In this document: positions 26,103-35,518 of the stretch, in pieces
Numbering within the stretch: position 1 is the first letter of the stretch
How the letters are laid out: the number at the start of each line of letters is the position of its first letter
Source: a virus
Lineage: Duplodnaviria > Caudoviricetes
Length of the DNA stretch: 39,416 nucleotides
IMG/VR virus record: IMGVR_UViG_3300032280_000315
Coordinates: 1-39,416 of that record
Strand: one strand, 5' to 3'
Position numbers and translations under genes: made by a program
Notes under the pieces: generated by a model
What the model was told of the DNA's origin: nothing
Database searches by the model: none
The model's input: the letters and a program-made list of their open reading frames with translations, nothing else

Positions 26103-27290
26103 TCAGATGCGGTTTGTAGCTTGCTCAAACGCCGCTGCGATAGTGCCCCGAAGATCTGCTCCATTGGGTTGCCGTGGCCCCACGCCTCCTTGTGTCGGCG
26201 CACCCCCCACGCTGACCGAGGCGTTCAGTGCGCGCTGGGCTTGGGCGTTTGCCGAAGCTGCGTGCTGCCTAGTCTGCTGCTGAGAAACTTGCGCTTGGAC
26301 CCGCGAGGATAGCTCAGGGTTCATGGCTACGGCCCGAGTATACGCCTCCGCCGGTGACAAGTAAACCCCCCGCCTAGCTTGGATTTCGATCAGGTCTGCC
26401 ATGTCATCCCGGACAGTCTCAAAGTCTGGGAAATTCTGGGTGTCCTGCTCCATCTGCTCGACGGTAGTGCGAGCCTCGTTGCGCTCGGCAATCTCCATTG
26501 CCTGAGAATGTCGTTGCTGCTGGCTCAGAAACTGCTGTACCGGAGCCAGCCGCTGCTCGACAATCTGCGCCACTCGGGCTTCCACCGGATCTGGCGGGGC
26601 TCCGTCAGCCACCAGCGCCCGGTCAAGCTCAGTGAAGTCAATGCCGTAGTCCTTGATCAGTTGCGCCATGGCCTTCGCCCGCTGGGGCATCGGGGCCGAC
26701 GACAGGGTGTAGTCGATCTTCAGCATCTGATGGATCGCTTCCACCGGGTTCTGATACCCGTTGGACTGAATACGAGCCATGAACGGCGACACCACTTGCG
26801 CAAACTGCTGCTGGAACTGGCGAGCACTTTGCGAGACAGCAATGGCTTGGTCGGCCATCGACTCCCTGCGGTGAACCTCCTGACGCGCCTCCAGCGGAAC
26901 CTCAGCCCATTTAGCCTTGGCCGTACCGCGCCATGCGGCAGGCGGTCGGTCCACACGGCTGCGGCGCGACTCGGCCGAAGCTGCGTCACTCTGCGGGGCC
27001 GTAGAGCCGTCGACGGGCGGGGTCTGTCCGGTCGTCTGGCCGTCGGGCGCGGCGGGCGGCTCGGCCTGGTCCGTTTGGCCGACGGGCTTGTCGGACGGGG
27101 GCGAGGCCCCTAGAAGTCCCCCAGCATTGTTGTTTGCTTTGCCAGCGGCAGCAGGCTCAGCAGCATTCTGGTCCGACGTACCAGAATCAAATGACGACGT
27201 TTGCGCGGGGGCAGACGTACCAGCATTGCTTGCAGGGGTTTCCGCCGCACTGACGGCTTGTTCAAGAGCTTCACGGAGTTCAGCAGCCAT
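26103..27290 (-). CDS. Capsid scaffolding protein
   Basis: Disordered N-terminus, PP.AW...W..VP...R.EV.RRE motif and helical body, located upstream of the capsid gene. Confidence 0.8.
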   Translation of the reverse strand: MAAELREALEQAVSAAETPASNAGTSAPAQTSSFDSGTSDQNAAEPAAAGKANNNAGGLLGASPPSDKPVGQTDQAEPPAAPDGQTTGQTPPVDGSTAPQSDAASAESRRSRVDRPPAAWRGTAKAKWAEVPLEARQEVHRRESMADQAIAVSQSARQFQQQFAQVVSPFMARIQSNGYQNPVEAIHQMLKIDYTLSSAPMPQRAKAMAQLIKDYGIDFTELDRALVADGAPPDPVEARVAQIVEQRLAPVQQFLSQQQRHSQAMEIAERNEARTTVEQMEQDTQNFPDFETVRDDMADLIEIQARRGVYLSPAEAYTRAVAMNPELSSRVQAQVSQQQTRQHAASANAQAQRALNASVSVGGAPTQGGVGPRQPNGADLRGTIAAAFEQATNRI

Positions 27291-27393
27291 TTTTCATGGT
27301 TCCTTTCCGGCGCAGGGCTTGCGCCATTTTGTTCGCCTGCTGGGGACTGACAGGCTTTTTGTTGGGAGCGGGTTTCTGCGGCATTTTTGTCAT
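27280..27393 (-). CDS. Small basic protein (37 aa)
   Basis: ATGA overlap with the stop of the 826-aa gene. Manual translation gives MTKMPQKPAPNKKPVSPQQANKMAQALRRKGTMKNGC. It overlaps the scaffold start. Confidence 0.55.
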   Translation of the reverse strand: MTKMPQKPAPNKKPVSPQQANKMAQALRRKGTMKNGC

Positions 27394-29870
27394 AGCAAAT
27401 TATCTCCATCCGGGGGGATGTCATTTACAAGATCGCCTGGGGCTGCGGCGGGTCCGTCAGGGAGCAAGCGGGGACCCCCTTCATCAATCAGCCCTCGGAT
27501 TCGCATTGCGTTGATGATACGATCCACCAGTCGCTGATTGCCGTTGTTAAGCTGCTCCTCAAGCATAGTGATCAGCCGCTCGGCGTCGGCCATAAGCTCG
27601 TTGTTTGCGAATACTGCGTCCGCTATGCGATGACCCGTGAGGTCTTCAAACTCCCACATCTGCTGGGTCAACGGGCGACCAAAATTGACTGCTTGAGGGG
27701 CGACAGGAGCGGCCTGAACAGGAGCGTCGTACACGTTGCGCTCGCCGCGCAAAGCGCGCATAACTCGATGTGCTGCTTCGCGGTCGTGGCCACCTTCTCT
27801 GATATCAAGTAGTAGCTGGTTCCAATTATCGCCCTGCCGATGAAGCGCTTGTATGATATCCCTTCGATCCAAGGTGCGAACAAACCGGCGCTCGTCAGGA
27901 TCTAAGAAATCCATGTAACGTAGTCCATCAGCTACGTTCATAATTTCATCAGGATTAAACTTGTATTCAGTTTTGGGAACCTTGTCCGCCAAACGATTCA
28001 AGTCTTCATCCGTAATCCATCTACCCTCTTTGTCAACGGTACGCAGATTTTCAAGTTCTTGCGCTACGCCCTCGGGCAAATTGTCGTTGAGGGGATCCAA
28101 GGCATCTGCTACCTTGCTCTTGTCTCTTAAACCGTACGCATAGGCGATCGGGTCTTGCCGGGACATGTTCGCAAAGCGGTCGTTTACGAAGTCAGGCTCG
28201 GGGAGGCCGACCGGCTCGATCAGATTGATGCTGTCCGGGTTGGTCTTACGCAGGAAATCCTGCACTTTGGCCAAATACTTGTCGGGGAAAGAGTTGCCTC
28301 TACCCATTGCCTGGCTAATGTTGCCCATACCTTCAGGATCTGCTCCTTGGGGACGGCGGTATCGGTACAGGTTGCCTTCAGCGTCAATCGTGACGTTGGG
28401 CATGCCCTGCGCGTCTCGCAGAGAAAGAATGCGCTTCTCGCCGCGCTCTATCATCGCACAGTAGTTGCCGACGCAGTGCCCCATAAGATCGCCTTCAGCT
28501 CGCAGCTGATTGTGATTGGGAGGGATCTCCACCCATTTGGAGCCGTCGTCGTACTCCAGCCCTTTGAACGCCGGCAAGTCTTTGGTAGATTGAGCGCTGA
28601 TAGTCTTGGGCTCGTCAATCGCAGACTTAACCAAACGCTGAGCCGCGTCCGGGATGCCCACCTGAATGCGACCTTGGTTGTTAAGAGGGATCTTGCCCGC
28701 GCGCAGTTCCTCGGCAATAAGCTCTACCATGCGGGGGAAGCCCAGATCGTCAATTCTTTCTTTGAACTCCCTTCTCATGTAAGGGTCGCCGTCCACCGGC
28801 AGAGTATGAATGGCGCGCTCGCTGGGAAGCTTCTCCATCCATTCTGGAAGCTCTACCCCTGCGTCTTTGCTGGTCGCAACGTAGTTTCTTGCGGATTCCG
28901 GTCGAACCACCGCGTCGGTGATATTCTCAAACAAGATCCCGCCGGTAAAATCGTGGTTTCCATAAGGGTCGGTTGCGTCACCAATTTTCTCCGGGTTGTC
29001 AAAGGTGTTCTCCAGAATGCCTAGACCCTTCTTTTGAGCGTCGTCCAGCGTTGCGATGTCGCTGGCTTGCTGTCGATTCTCTTTGGATGCTATGTATACC
29101 GCATCAGTTTCATCGCTGGGGTCCGCGCCGCCCCAGCCCCCGCCTTGAGTGTACTTGTCAAATTGATCATACGTCATGTGTCCCCGGTTAGGGTTGTACG
29201 GTACGTTGGGCCGACCAAGCGAAGCTGCCTTGACGGGGTCATCCTTGGTACCCCAATCATTCTTGAGGTACTTGCCCATGGTACCGGTGATCCAGTTGTC
29301 CAGCGCGGCATCCTGCGTCGGGTCGTCCATCTTGGGACGCTTGGACCGCAGATAATCCGTAATGAACTCGATGTGGCCCGGGGCCCAGTTGCCACCCTTG
29401 CCCTTGATGATCTCTGCCACCGGACCGGAGCCGACAACCGCCTGCTGGATCTCACGAGCGCCCTGCTTGATCCCCTGAGGAACCTTGGCTGCGACCTGCT
29501 CCAGCCCCTTGCTGACCGCTCGGCCCGCAGCTTTGTGAGCTATGTTGGCAACGGGGGCCGCATCCATGCCCAGCAGCATCAGATCCGCCACGCCTTTCTT
29601 GCGCCCGGTCTTCATCACCGGGATTTTGGACATTTCCGGCATGCGCATGGGCATATCGCCATACGCGAGGTTCTCAGCCTCTTTGTCGGCGTCCCCGATG
29701 AAAAGCTCGCCCAGCGGGTTGTCCTGCGTAGTCTTGAGCGGCTCGCCGCCTTTGGACATCCAGGCCGTGGTGCCCTTGGGCGTCGGCTCCTTCAGCTTAC
29801 GCAGCGCGTTGGCGATCCGCATTCCCAGCGGATTGGGCTCAAGGTTCTCGATCTTGCCGGTTATTTCCAT
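27390..29870 (-). CDS. Large protein with PcfJ-like domain (putative virion-packaged, polyvalent-type protein)
   Basis: L.AEG..MGHCVG.Y...ILSLRD..G.P.VTI is the PcfJ-like signature. 826 aa, between portal and scaffold. Confidence 0.7.
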   Translation of the reverse strand: MEITGKIENLEPNPLGMRIANALRKLKEPTPKGTTAWMSKGGEPLKTTQDNPLGELFIGDADKEAENLAYGDMPMRMPEMSKIPVMKTGRKKGVADLMLLGMDAAPVANIAHKAAGRAVSKGLEQVAAKVPQGIKQGAREIQQAVVGSGPVAEIIKGKGGNWAPGHIEFITDYLRSKRPKMDDPTQDAALDNWITGTMGKYLKNDWGTKDDPVKAASLGRPNVPYNPNRGHMTYDQFDKYTQGGGWGGADPSDETDAVYIASKENRQQASDIATLDDAQKKGLGILENTFDNPEKIGDATDPYGNHDFTGGILFENITDAVVRPESARNYVATSKDAGVELPEWMEKLPSERAIHTLPVDGDPYMRREFKERIDDLGFPRMVELIAEELRAGKIPLNNQGRIQVGIPDAAQRLVKSAIDEPKTISAQSTKDLPAFKGLEYDDGSKWVEIPPNHNQLRAEGDLMGHCVGNYCAMIERGEKRILSLRDAQGMPNVTIDAEGNLYRYRRPQGADPEGMGNISQAMGRGNSFPDKYLAKVQDFLRKTNPDSINLIEPVGLPEPDFVNDRFANMSRQDPIAYAYGLRDKSKVADALDPLNDNLPEGVAQELENLRTVDKEGRWITDEDLNRLADKVPKTEYKFNPDEIMNVADGLRYMDFLDPDERRFVRTLDRRDIIQALHRQGDNWNQLLLDIREGGHDREAAHRVMRALRGERNVYDAPVQAAPVAPQAVNFGRPLTQQMWEFEDLTGHRIADAVFANNELMADAERLITMLEEQLNNGNQRLVDRIINAMRIRGLIDEGGPRLLPDGPAAAPGDLVNDIPPDGDNLL

Positions 29871-30154
29871 CGCTTGTTCACCTCATGAATGATACGCTCT
29901 TTGAGCCCTGCGTCGGGAACGTAAGGAGTTTGGGATAGCTTAGGGGGCAACCCCTTGAGTTCAGCCGAGGGCACCACATCATGTATACGGCAGTGTTGCC
30001 TGAGCCCGGCTCGTCCGGTGTATACTTTCCCATCAATGGGTGACACGAAGTCGGGAAGATCGGGCAAGATGGTTGCTGTTGACCCAGGTTGCCCGTAATA
30101 TTCATCTTTGGGCACCAGTTTCCCGTTCACTTGAACCCAAGTCTTGCGAGTCAT
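29861..30154 (-). CDS. Conserved hypothetical protein downstream of portal
   Basis: PDLPDFVSPIDG...GRAGLR.H motif. Confidence 0.78.
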   Translation of the reverse strand: MTRKTWVQVNGKLVPKDEYYGQPGSTATILPDLPDFVSPIDGKVYTGRAGLRQHCRIHDVVPSAELKGLPPKLSQTPYVPDAGLKERIIHEVNKRWK

Positions 30155-32193
30155 TATTGCGTCCTTTGCGGTCCACGGCCGCCACCTTGGGGTTGTACGG
30201 TGGGATTGCGCATTTCGTTCATTAGTTGAACGGTATCCAGCTGCATCTGGTTCTCGGCTTGCTGAGTCTTGACCTGCTGCTGTAGCTGCGCGTCTTGCAT
30301 CTTGGTCTGGCGATTGATCTGAGCTTCTTCGCGCTTGAACTGCATCTTGTCCGTATGTTCTTCCCGACGCATCTGCTGCTTGTCGCGCTCGCCCTGGATC
30401 TCAGCCTCGACCTTCTGCTGCTCAGGATCGGGGGCTTCCTGCTGGCCGCCCTGGCTCTGCTGCGACATCAGCACTTCCAGCTCCCGGTCGATCATGCCTT
30501 CAATCTCTTTCGCACCCCGGAAGCCTGCGACGCCGAACTTCAGCAGGCCGACAAGTAACGGCAGCGCTTGCGGCATTATCTGGGCCACGGCAGCGCCTTT
30601 CTCCAAGTACTGGGACACCGCAGTGAGGAACTCAGTCCGTTCCAGCTTTTCCTGCGAATAGTCGATCTGAGCCAGCGAGTCGCTGGTAATCTCAATACGC
30701 CACTCGAATTGCTCTGCGTTCTGAATAAGCTGAAGGGCCGGTTCGGCAAGTTGGGCGTCATCAGTGAACTCGATGCCAGACCTGGCAATGAAGATATCAG
30801 GAGTAAAATGCTTGGCCATGATCTCCGCTTTGATCCGCAGAATCTCAGCGGCAAACTTGGCTACCTCTCCTTGAAGAGACTGAATGCGGATCGAAGCGAA
30901 TTGAGCCTTGATCTGTTGTGCCCCAAGCGTCTCAGAAGCCTTCGTAGCTCCACGAACGATGTCAGCAATGCCAGTGAGTTCGTAAATCTGTTGCTTGATG
31001 TCTTCCCGAGCCTCACGCAGTCGCTGCAGCGCGTTAACGACTTGTTCGAGAGGAAGCCACGACGTAGCTCCATCAATTCCGCCAGACTCGGCAAACGCTG
31101 CCCAATTGGCGACAGGAATGAGAATGTTATCCACACCTTCCTGGAGCAAACGCTGCACACCTTCAGCTGACTGGTCGTAGACACCCACAGCCTTACACGC
31201 GTCCGTGAGCCGGTCGATCCGGTCGTTGACCTTGTCCAGTTCATTGTACTGGTCCTGGATGAAGTAATGATCAGGGCGCGGGACGCAGTTGGACGTCGTC
31301 AGATTGGCGAACATCGGAGTCGGGCACGGCTCAAACCCTTTCAACTGCAGCGGGTCGTCCCGTTTGTCCAGCATCGTTTTATGCGCTTTGGAAAGCCACA
31401 CTACTTGGCGTTTCTCTCGGTCCCAGATCTCATAGATCTGAGCCTTTTGCAGCGCATCGTTCTTCGGTGCGTTAGAGTCGGTGATGTTCTTCTGCTGGGG
31501 TGAGTAATCCAGCGGGACTTCCTTGCCCTTTTCCTCGCCAAACCGCTTCACCAGCGCGTCGCGGTCCATGTATACGCGACGCCCAACCCAGCGGCGGTCG
31601 TTCCACACGCGGCAGGGGGAGTACAGGAAGTCCTCCCAATGAACGTGCTCAACGATCACGTTCTGCTTCGCGACAATCTTGTACGGCTGCGCTTCCAACC
31701 CCAGCTGCTCGTTGGCAGGGATCATTTGATCTTGAGTTTCCGTCTCCAGCCGTAGCCACGCAGCGGCCATACCTGGCACAAGCCGATCCTCGACGGATTG
31801 TTGCATGATCGAGTCAAACTCGTCATTGGGGTCGTCTAGATCCGCAGAAATGGAACGCTGAAGCATGACGCCGGCCACTCGGGCGACATCGTCTTGGTAG
31901 TCCTTCCATTTGCGACTAACGTCGGGGCGCGGCGTGCGCGAGTACAACGCGCTCTTCAAAATGTTGACGTTGGAGTAAAAAATGTTGAACTTCTTCTCAG
32001 TCGTCTCCAACGCATCGCGCTCGTCCAGGAACCGACGCACGACTTTGCGACCCCGCTCGTGGAACTTGTACAGTTCCTTCTCAGCGTACTGGATCTCTGT
32101 GATCCATCGCTCGTACTCACCCTCGGGGGTCCTCATCAGCTCGTCAATAGAGCTGATCTTGCCCGCGCTCTGAGGACTTGTGTCCATTGCCAT
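30154..32193 (-). CDS. Portal protein
   Basis: 679 aa, immediately after TerL. FNIFYSNV..LK..LY...P.P.V and IYELTGIADI.RG motifs, with a Gln-rich C-terminal coil. Confidence 0.9.
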   Translation of the reverse strand: MAMDTSPQSAGKISSIDELMRTPEGEYERWITEIQYAEKELYKFHERGRKVVRRFLDERDALETTEKKFNIFYSNVNILKSALYSRTPRPDVSRKWKDYQDDVARVAGVMLQRSISADLDDPNDEFDSIMQQSVEDRLVPGMAAAWLRLETETQDQMIPANEQLGLEAQPYKIVAKQNVIVEHVHWEDFLYSPCRVWNDRRWVGRRVYMDRDALVKRFGEEKGKEVPLDYSPQQKNITDSNAPKNDALQKAQIYEIWDREKRQVVWLSKAHKTMLDKRDDPLQLKGFEPCPTPMFANLTTSNCVPRPDHYFIQDQYNELDKVNDRIDRLTDACKAVGVYDQSAEGVQRLLQEGVDNILIPVANWAAFAESGGIDGATSWLPLEQVVNALQRLREAREDIKQQIYELTGIADIVRGATKASETLGAQQIKAQFASIRIQSLQGEVAKFAAEILRIKAEIMAKHFTPDIFIARSGIEFTDDAQLAEPALQLIQNAEQFEWRIEITSDSLAQIDYSQEKLERTEFLTAVSQYLEKGAAVAQIMPQALPLLVGLLKFGVAGFRGAKEIEGMIDRELEVLMSQQSQGGQQEAPDPEQQKVEAEIQGERDKQQMRREEHTDKMQFKREEAQINRQTKMQDAQLQQQVKTQQAENQMQLDTVQLMNEMRNPTVQPQGGGRGPQRTQ

Positions 32194-32195
32194 TG

Positions 32196-33557
32196 TTAAA
32201 TCCTTTTGTTGAAGCCGTAAGCTCGCCGTGCGGCGTGGTCTGCCCAGAGATTGTGAAGGCTAAATTCCGCAGGCTTGCTGAAACTGTTGGTAAGCTCCAA
32301 CCCCTGATCCGACCGAGGGCTGACCATGCACATGTACCGGAAGGCGTCAGCGTAGTGGCTGGCCCAGTCGTGTACGGGGCGGTCCATGAACATCTTCAGA
32401 TCGATGTTCCACTCACGTCGGTAACTCTTGAGCGCCTCGACAAGCGTGTCCGTCTGCGCCTCGGGGGAGGTATCAATCGTGACCGAGGGGAACACCTGCC
32501 TAGCTGCGCTAATGCCATCCCGCAGTTTGTGGTTAGGAACAATGCGAAGGATCGGCGCACGGACACCCTTCTCCATGAAGAGTTCAACAATGGACTTGCC
32601 CGTCTGAAGGTTCTTGGCCTTGGCGTCGTGGGGCAGCCAGACGTTCTTGTACTTCTTCACGGGGAAGGAGTGCAAGTAGTCGATGTGTGTATCGATGGCC
32701 GCGCCCGAGGTAGCGTAGCAATGGACAATCCTGTTCTCGCCGTCGGGCCGGTGCTGCCAGAATAGGCTGACCGTAGCGTCGGTGAAGCCGAGGTCATAGA
32801 TCACGGAAGTGGGGTAGTCCCAATCCGTTTCCGGGAATTGTCTGACTCGTCCCTCACGCTCCAGCAGCGTCATTTCGTCGGCCCAGATGGCCCCGACTAG
32901 GGCAGCTTCAAACGAACACTCGTACTCCTGCTCAAACTCCTCACGCGACATCTGTTCGCGCAGGGTCTGTAGCTCATCAGCGGCAATGATCCCCGACTCG
33001 CTGGCCTTGAGAATCATGCTGAAGTACTTGGTCGGGTTCGCCTGCGCCGTTTTCAGCAGTTCCCAGAAATGGTTCTTGCCCTTGGGGGTGCCGGCAAATA
33101 CCGCCCACCCCTGACGATCTGACAGCGCCGGCGCAATGATCTCCGGGTACACGTTCGGGCGCTGGATAGAATACTCATCCAGTACGACTCCATCGAGATA
33201 CATTCCACGTAGCTGGTCGGGGTTGTCGGAACCAGCGACAAAGAGCTTTGCCTTGTTGTACTTCAACGTGATCGTCAGTTCGCTCTCGGACGGCGGCTTG
33301 TCCCAGAAGGGCCGTGAGTATTCTTTCAAGTATTCCCACGCGTTCCTCTTGGTTTGAGTATACGTCGGGCCCACAAACGCAAATTGGGGTCGCGTTTTCG
33401 GGCACTCCATCATCCCCATGATGAGGTCATTGCCCAGACCCACCGTCTTTCCCGCTCGCCGGTGCGTACACAGTACCGCATACCGTTGGTAGCGGTTGTG
33501 GAAGCTAATGAACTGCTTCCGGGGGACGTATGAATACTCTGGCTGAGGGGAGGACAT
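32196..33557 (-). CDS. terL: Terminase large subunit
   Basis: Walker A HRRAGKT, Walker B VVLDEY, GTPKGKN, and nuclease motifs DLGFTD and HDWASHYADAFRY. Confidence 0.95.
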   Translation of the reverse strand: MSSPQPEYSYVPRKQFISFHNRYQRYAVLCTHRRAGKTVGLGNDLIMGMMECPKTRPQFAFVGPTYTQTKRNAWEYLKEYSRPFWDKPPSESELTITLKYNKAKLFVAGSDNPDQLRGMYLDGVVLDEYSIQRPNVYPEIIAPALSDRQGWAVFAGTPKGKNHFWELLKTAQANPTKYFSMILKASESGIIAADELQTLREQMSREEFEQEYECSFEAALVGAIWADEMTLLEREGRVRQFPETDWDYPTSVIYDLGFTDATVSLFWQHRPDGENRIVHCYATSGAAIDTHIDYLHSFPVKKYKNVWLPHDAKAKNLQTGKSIVELFMEKGVRAPILRIVPNHKLRDGISAARQVFPSVTIDTSPEAQTDTLVEALKSYRREWNIDLKMFMDRPVHDWASHYADAFRYMCMVSPRSDQGLELTNSFSKPAEFSLHNLWADHAARRAYGFNKRI

Positions 33558-33940
33558 CAGTCGTTGGCCGGGACGTCAATGATCTTTGCGTCGTCCACAG
33601 GTTGGTACGTGACGAGATTCCGCTTGGTCAGCCAGGGCACGTTCCATTTAACGTTGTGATTGACCTCCGCCTCCACCGTTTGCGGGATCATTTTGCTGAA
33701 CAGGGGGTAAAACTTGGAGGGATTCTGGTCCGCCCATAGGGCCAATCGGGGGACACCGCCAATTAGTTCAAATGCCTGTTGGAAAGCTTTAGCAGCTTTC
33801 TGAGTTCGCAAAGGGGCCGGTAGGGCATTCTCCCCTATCAGCCCCAGGTCGAGCATCTTTTGCAGTTCGGGGGACACACCACCACCCTCGTCCACAAGTC
33901 CTGCGGGCCATCCCGCAAACGCGACAGGCGGGTTTTCCAT
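33557..33940 (-). CDS. terS: Putative terminase small subunit
   Basis: AF.LIGGV.RL..WA..NP..FY.LFSK.IP motif, directly upstream of terL. Confidence 0.75.
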   Translation of the reverse strand: MENPPVAFAGWPAGLVDEGGGVSPELQKMLDLGLIGENALPAPLRTQKAAKAFQQAFELIGGVPRLALWADQNPSKFYPLFSKMIPQTVEAEVNHNVKWNVPWLTKRNLVTYQPVDDAKIIDVPAND

Positions 33941-34265
33941 GTGAAGTGACCTAGGGGTTGAATGGCCTAGATATTATCCTACGTAGCACAGCCAGGTAAA
34001 GGGGCAAATTTTGTATTTGGATAGCTAAGTTGCGTGGAACCAGAATTTTGTACCACTATAAAATTGGGTGTGTGGGTCGCTCAGCAGCTAAAGTTGTTGG
34101 TAACCAAAACTTTGTCCCAGCGGGAGAGGGAGGGAACAGCACCCCACACCACCACCCCCTCCCGCCGATCGATGTGGGTGTGGTGCGCGTGCTGCTGGTG
34201 GCGTGGTGTGTGGGTGTGGTGGTGTGCTGAGCACAGCAGCCACCATGGTGTCTGGGGCAGCGCAG

Positions 34266-34303
34266 ACAACAAGAAGCCCACCCAGCGCTGGGCTGGGTGG
34301 GCT
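34266..34303 (-). terminator. Intrinsic terminator for the 34340..34774 gene
   Basis: 12-bp stem AGCCCACCCAGC/GCTGGGTGGGCT followed by TCTTGTTGT on the - strand. Confidence 0.65.
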
Positions 34304-34339
34304 GAGGGTTGGGGCGGGCTGGGGAGCCCGCCTAGGTGG

Positions 34340-34774
34340 TTACATGAGGGCGGGCTGCTCGGTCACCACTCGGCGACCCTTGCGCTTAGTCACCTTCGGC
34401 TCGGTCGGCTCGGCGGGCTGCTCGGCCGCCGGTGCCTCGGTCGGCGCGGGCTGCGCGGTCGGCTCGGCCTTGACCGTGACGCGGTTGGTGACCGTGACGG
34501 CCGCGCCCGCGTCGATCGCCTTGGCTTCGTCGGCCGTGAGGTCCGTCCAACGCGCGACACCTTCCTCCCGCCAGTACACAAACTCCAGGCGCTCGCCCTT
34601 CCAGGTCCCGTTCACTCGCTTCACTTCAACCTTCTTGCCGTCGAGGGTGAACGGGGCGGCGCTGGGAGCGCGCTTGGGGTAGGTCGAGTGCTTGCCGGAA
34701 GCGGTGTCCCGCGTGGCGAGACCGTGGACGGCGAGGGTGATCGACTTGGGCGAGATTTTCTTGGTAGCAGGCAT
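34340..34774 (-). CDS. Hypothetical early protein with Pro/Ala/Glu-rich tail
   Basis: ATG 34774 with GGAG RBS. Strongly biased codon usage, with its own promoter and terminator. Confidence 0.8.
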   Translation of the reverse strand: MPATKKISPKSITLAVHGLATRDTASGKHSTYPKRAPSAAPFTLDGKKVEVKRVNGTWKGERLEFVYWREEGVARWTDLTADEAKAIDAGAAVTVTNRVTVKAEPTAQPAPTEAPAAEQPAEPTEPKVTKRKGRRVVTEQPALM

Positions 34775-34817
34775 TTTCAACTCCAGGTTAGTGTCGGCGG
34801 TAGTGCCGACTGTTCCC

Positions 34818-34846
34818 ATTATACTGGTTTTTCGTGTGTTCGTCTA
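34818..34846 (-). promoter_or_regulatory. Strong sigma70-like promoter
   Basis: TAGACG-17-TATAAT on the - strand with AT-rich upstream sequence. Confidence 0.75.
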
Positions 34847-35013
34847 ATTGTATTTTCTAATTGGATCGGTTGAGTCAATAGGCGCAGCCTATCAGCACCT
34901 TCGCCAGGGTCGGCTAGCATAGGAGCGCGCCCGCGCTCGCGCGTACTACGGATCAGGGCTCGCAGTCTACTATACCCGACCGCGCCGGAGGGTCTTTCAA
35001 GCAAGCACATGCT

Positions 35014-35074
35014 AACCACACACCATGGTGCATGTGGGCACACCAACCACCCACCATGGTGCATGTGGGCACAC
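35014..35074. repeat. Tandem repeat, 31-bp period, containing the palindrome CACCATGGTG
   Basis: CACCATGGTGCATGTGGGCACAC at 35021 and 35052. CACCATGGTG also occurs at 34241. Confidence 0.8.
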
Positions 35075-35312
35075 AGCACACACCACTTGGCATGTCGCGG
35101 GGCGCATGCTTTACATGGTTTTTGCGAACTGGGCGAATGGAAAACGTGGCAGCGATATGCGTCTTGGCAATGTGAAAACTGGGCGCGAAGGGCTGGCGGA
35201 CGTGCGTGACATGCCCCTCCCGCCAGGGTTGCCAGACCGTTACGTGACTTTCGCGTGGCCGTTGGGGTCAGCAGCGGTCGTTGTCAAAGCCAGCCCGTCT
35301 AGGTAAATGAAA

Positions 35313-35509
35313 CCTAACCCCTAACCCCCTAACCCCCTGTCAAAAATCCGCTATAGGATACGTACTATTGACCTGTGGTCTCCTATCTAGGATTAGGGGG
35401 TTAGGGGGGTTAGGGGGTTAGACAGCTACCGCGAACCCTGGCTACGACAGCGATTCACACCCTAACCCCCGACCTAACCCCGTCACAGCACCAATTGGCC
35501 GGGGTTAGG
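35313..35509. repeat. Inverted clusters of CTAACCCC / GGGGTTAG repeats, putative replication origin iterons
   Basis: Three CTAACCCC(C) at 35313-35337, three (G)GGGGTTAG at 35396-35421, two CCTAACCCC at 35461 and 35473, and GGGGTTAGG at 35501. The cluster lies immediately downstream of the primase-helicase. Confidence 0.8.
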
Positions 35510-35518
35510 TTTTCCCAA

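Noticed and set aside
14503-29888. Long + strand ORFs such as 14503..15849, 22363..23706, 24966..26003 and 28155..29024
   Set aside because: They are antisense shadows of well-supported - strand structural genes in GC-rich DNA, with no motifs or RBS.
34034-34873. 279-aa + strand ORF
   Set aside because: It runs through low-complexity GT-rich DNA and is antisense to the better-supported 34340..34774 gene.
35014-35110. 31-bp repeats as a mini CRISPR array
   Set aside because: There are only two good copies, separated by 8 bp, with no spacer-length unique sequence.
35313-35509. Eukaryotic telomere contamination or protelomerase site
   Set aside because: The repeats are internal, variable (G4-G6) and inverted, and no protelomerase gene was seen.
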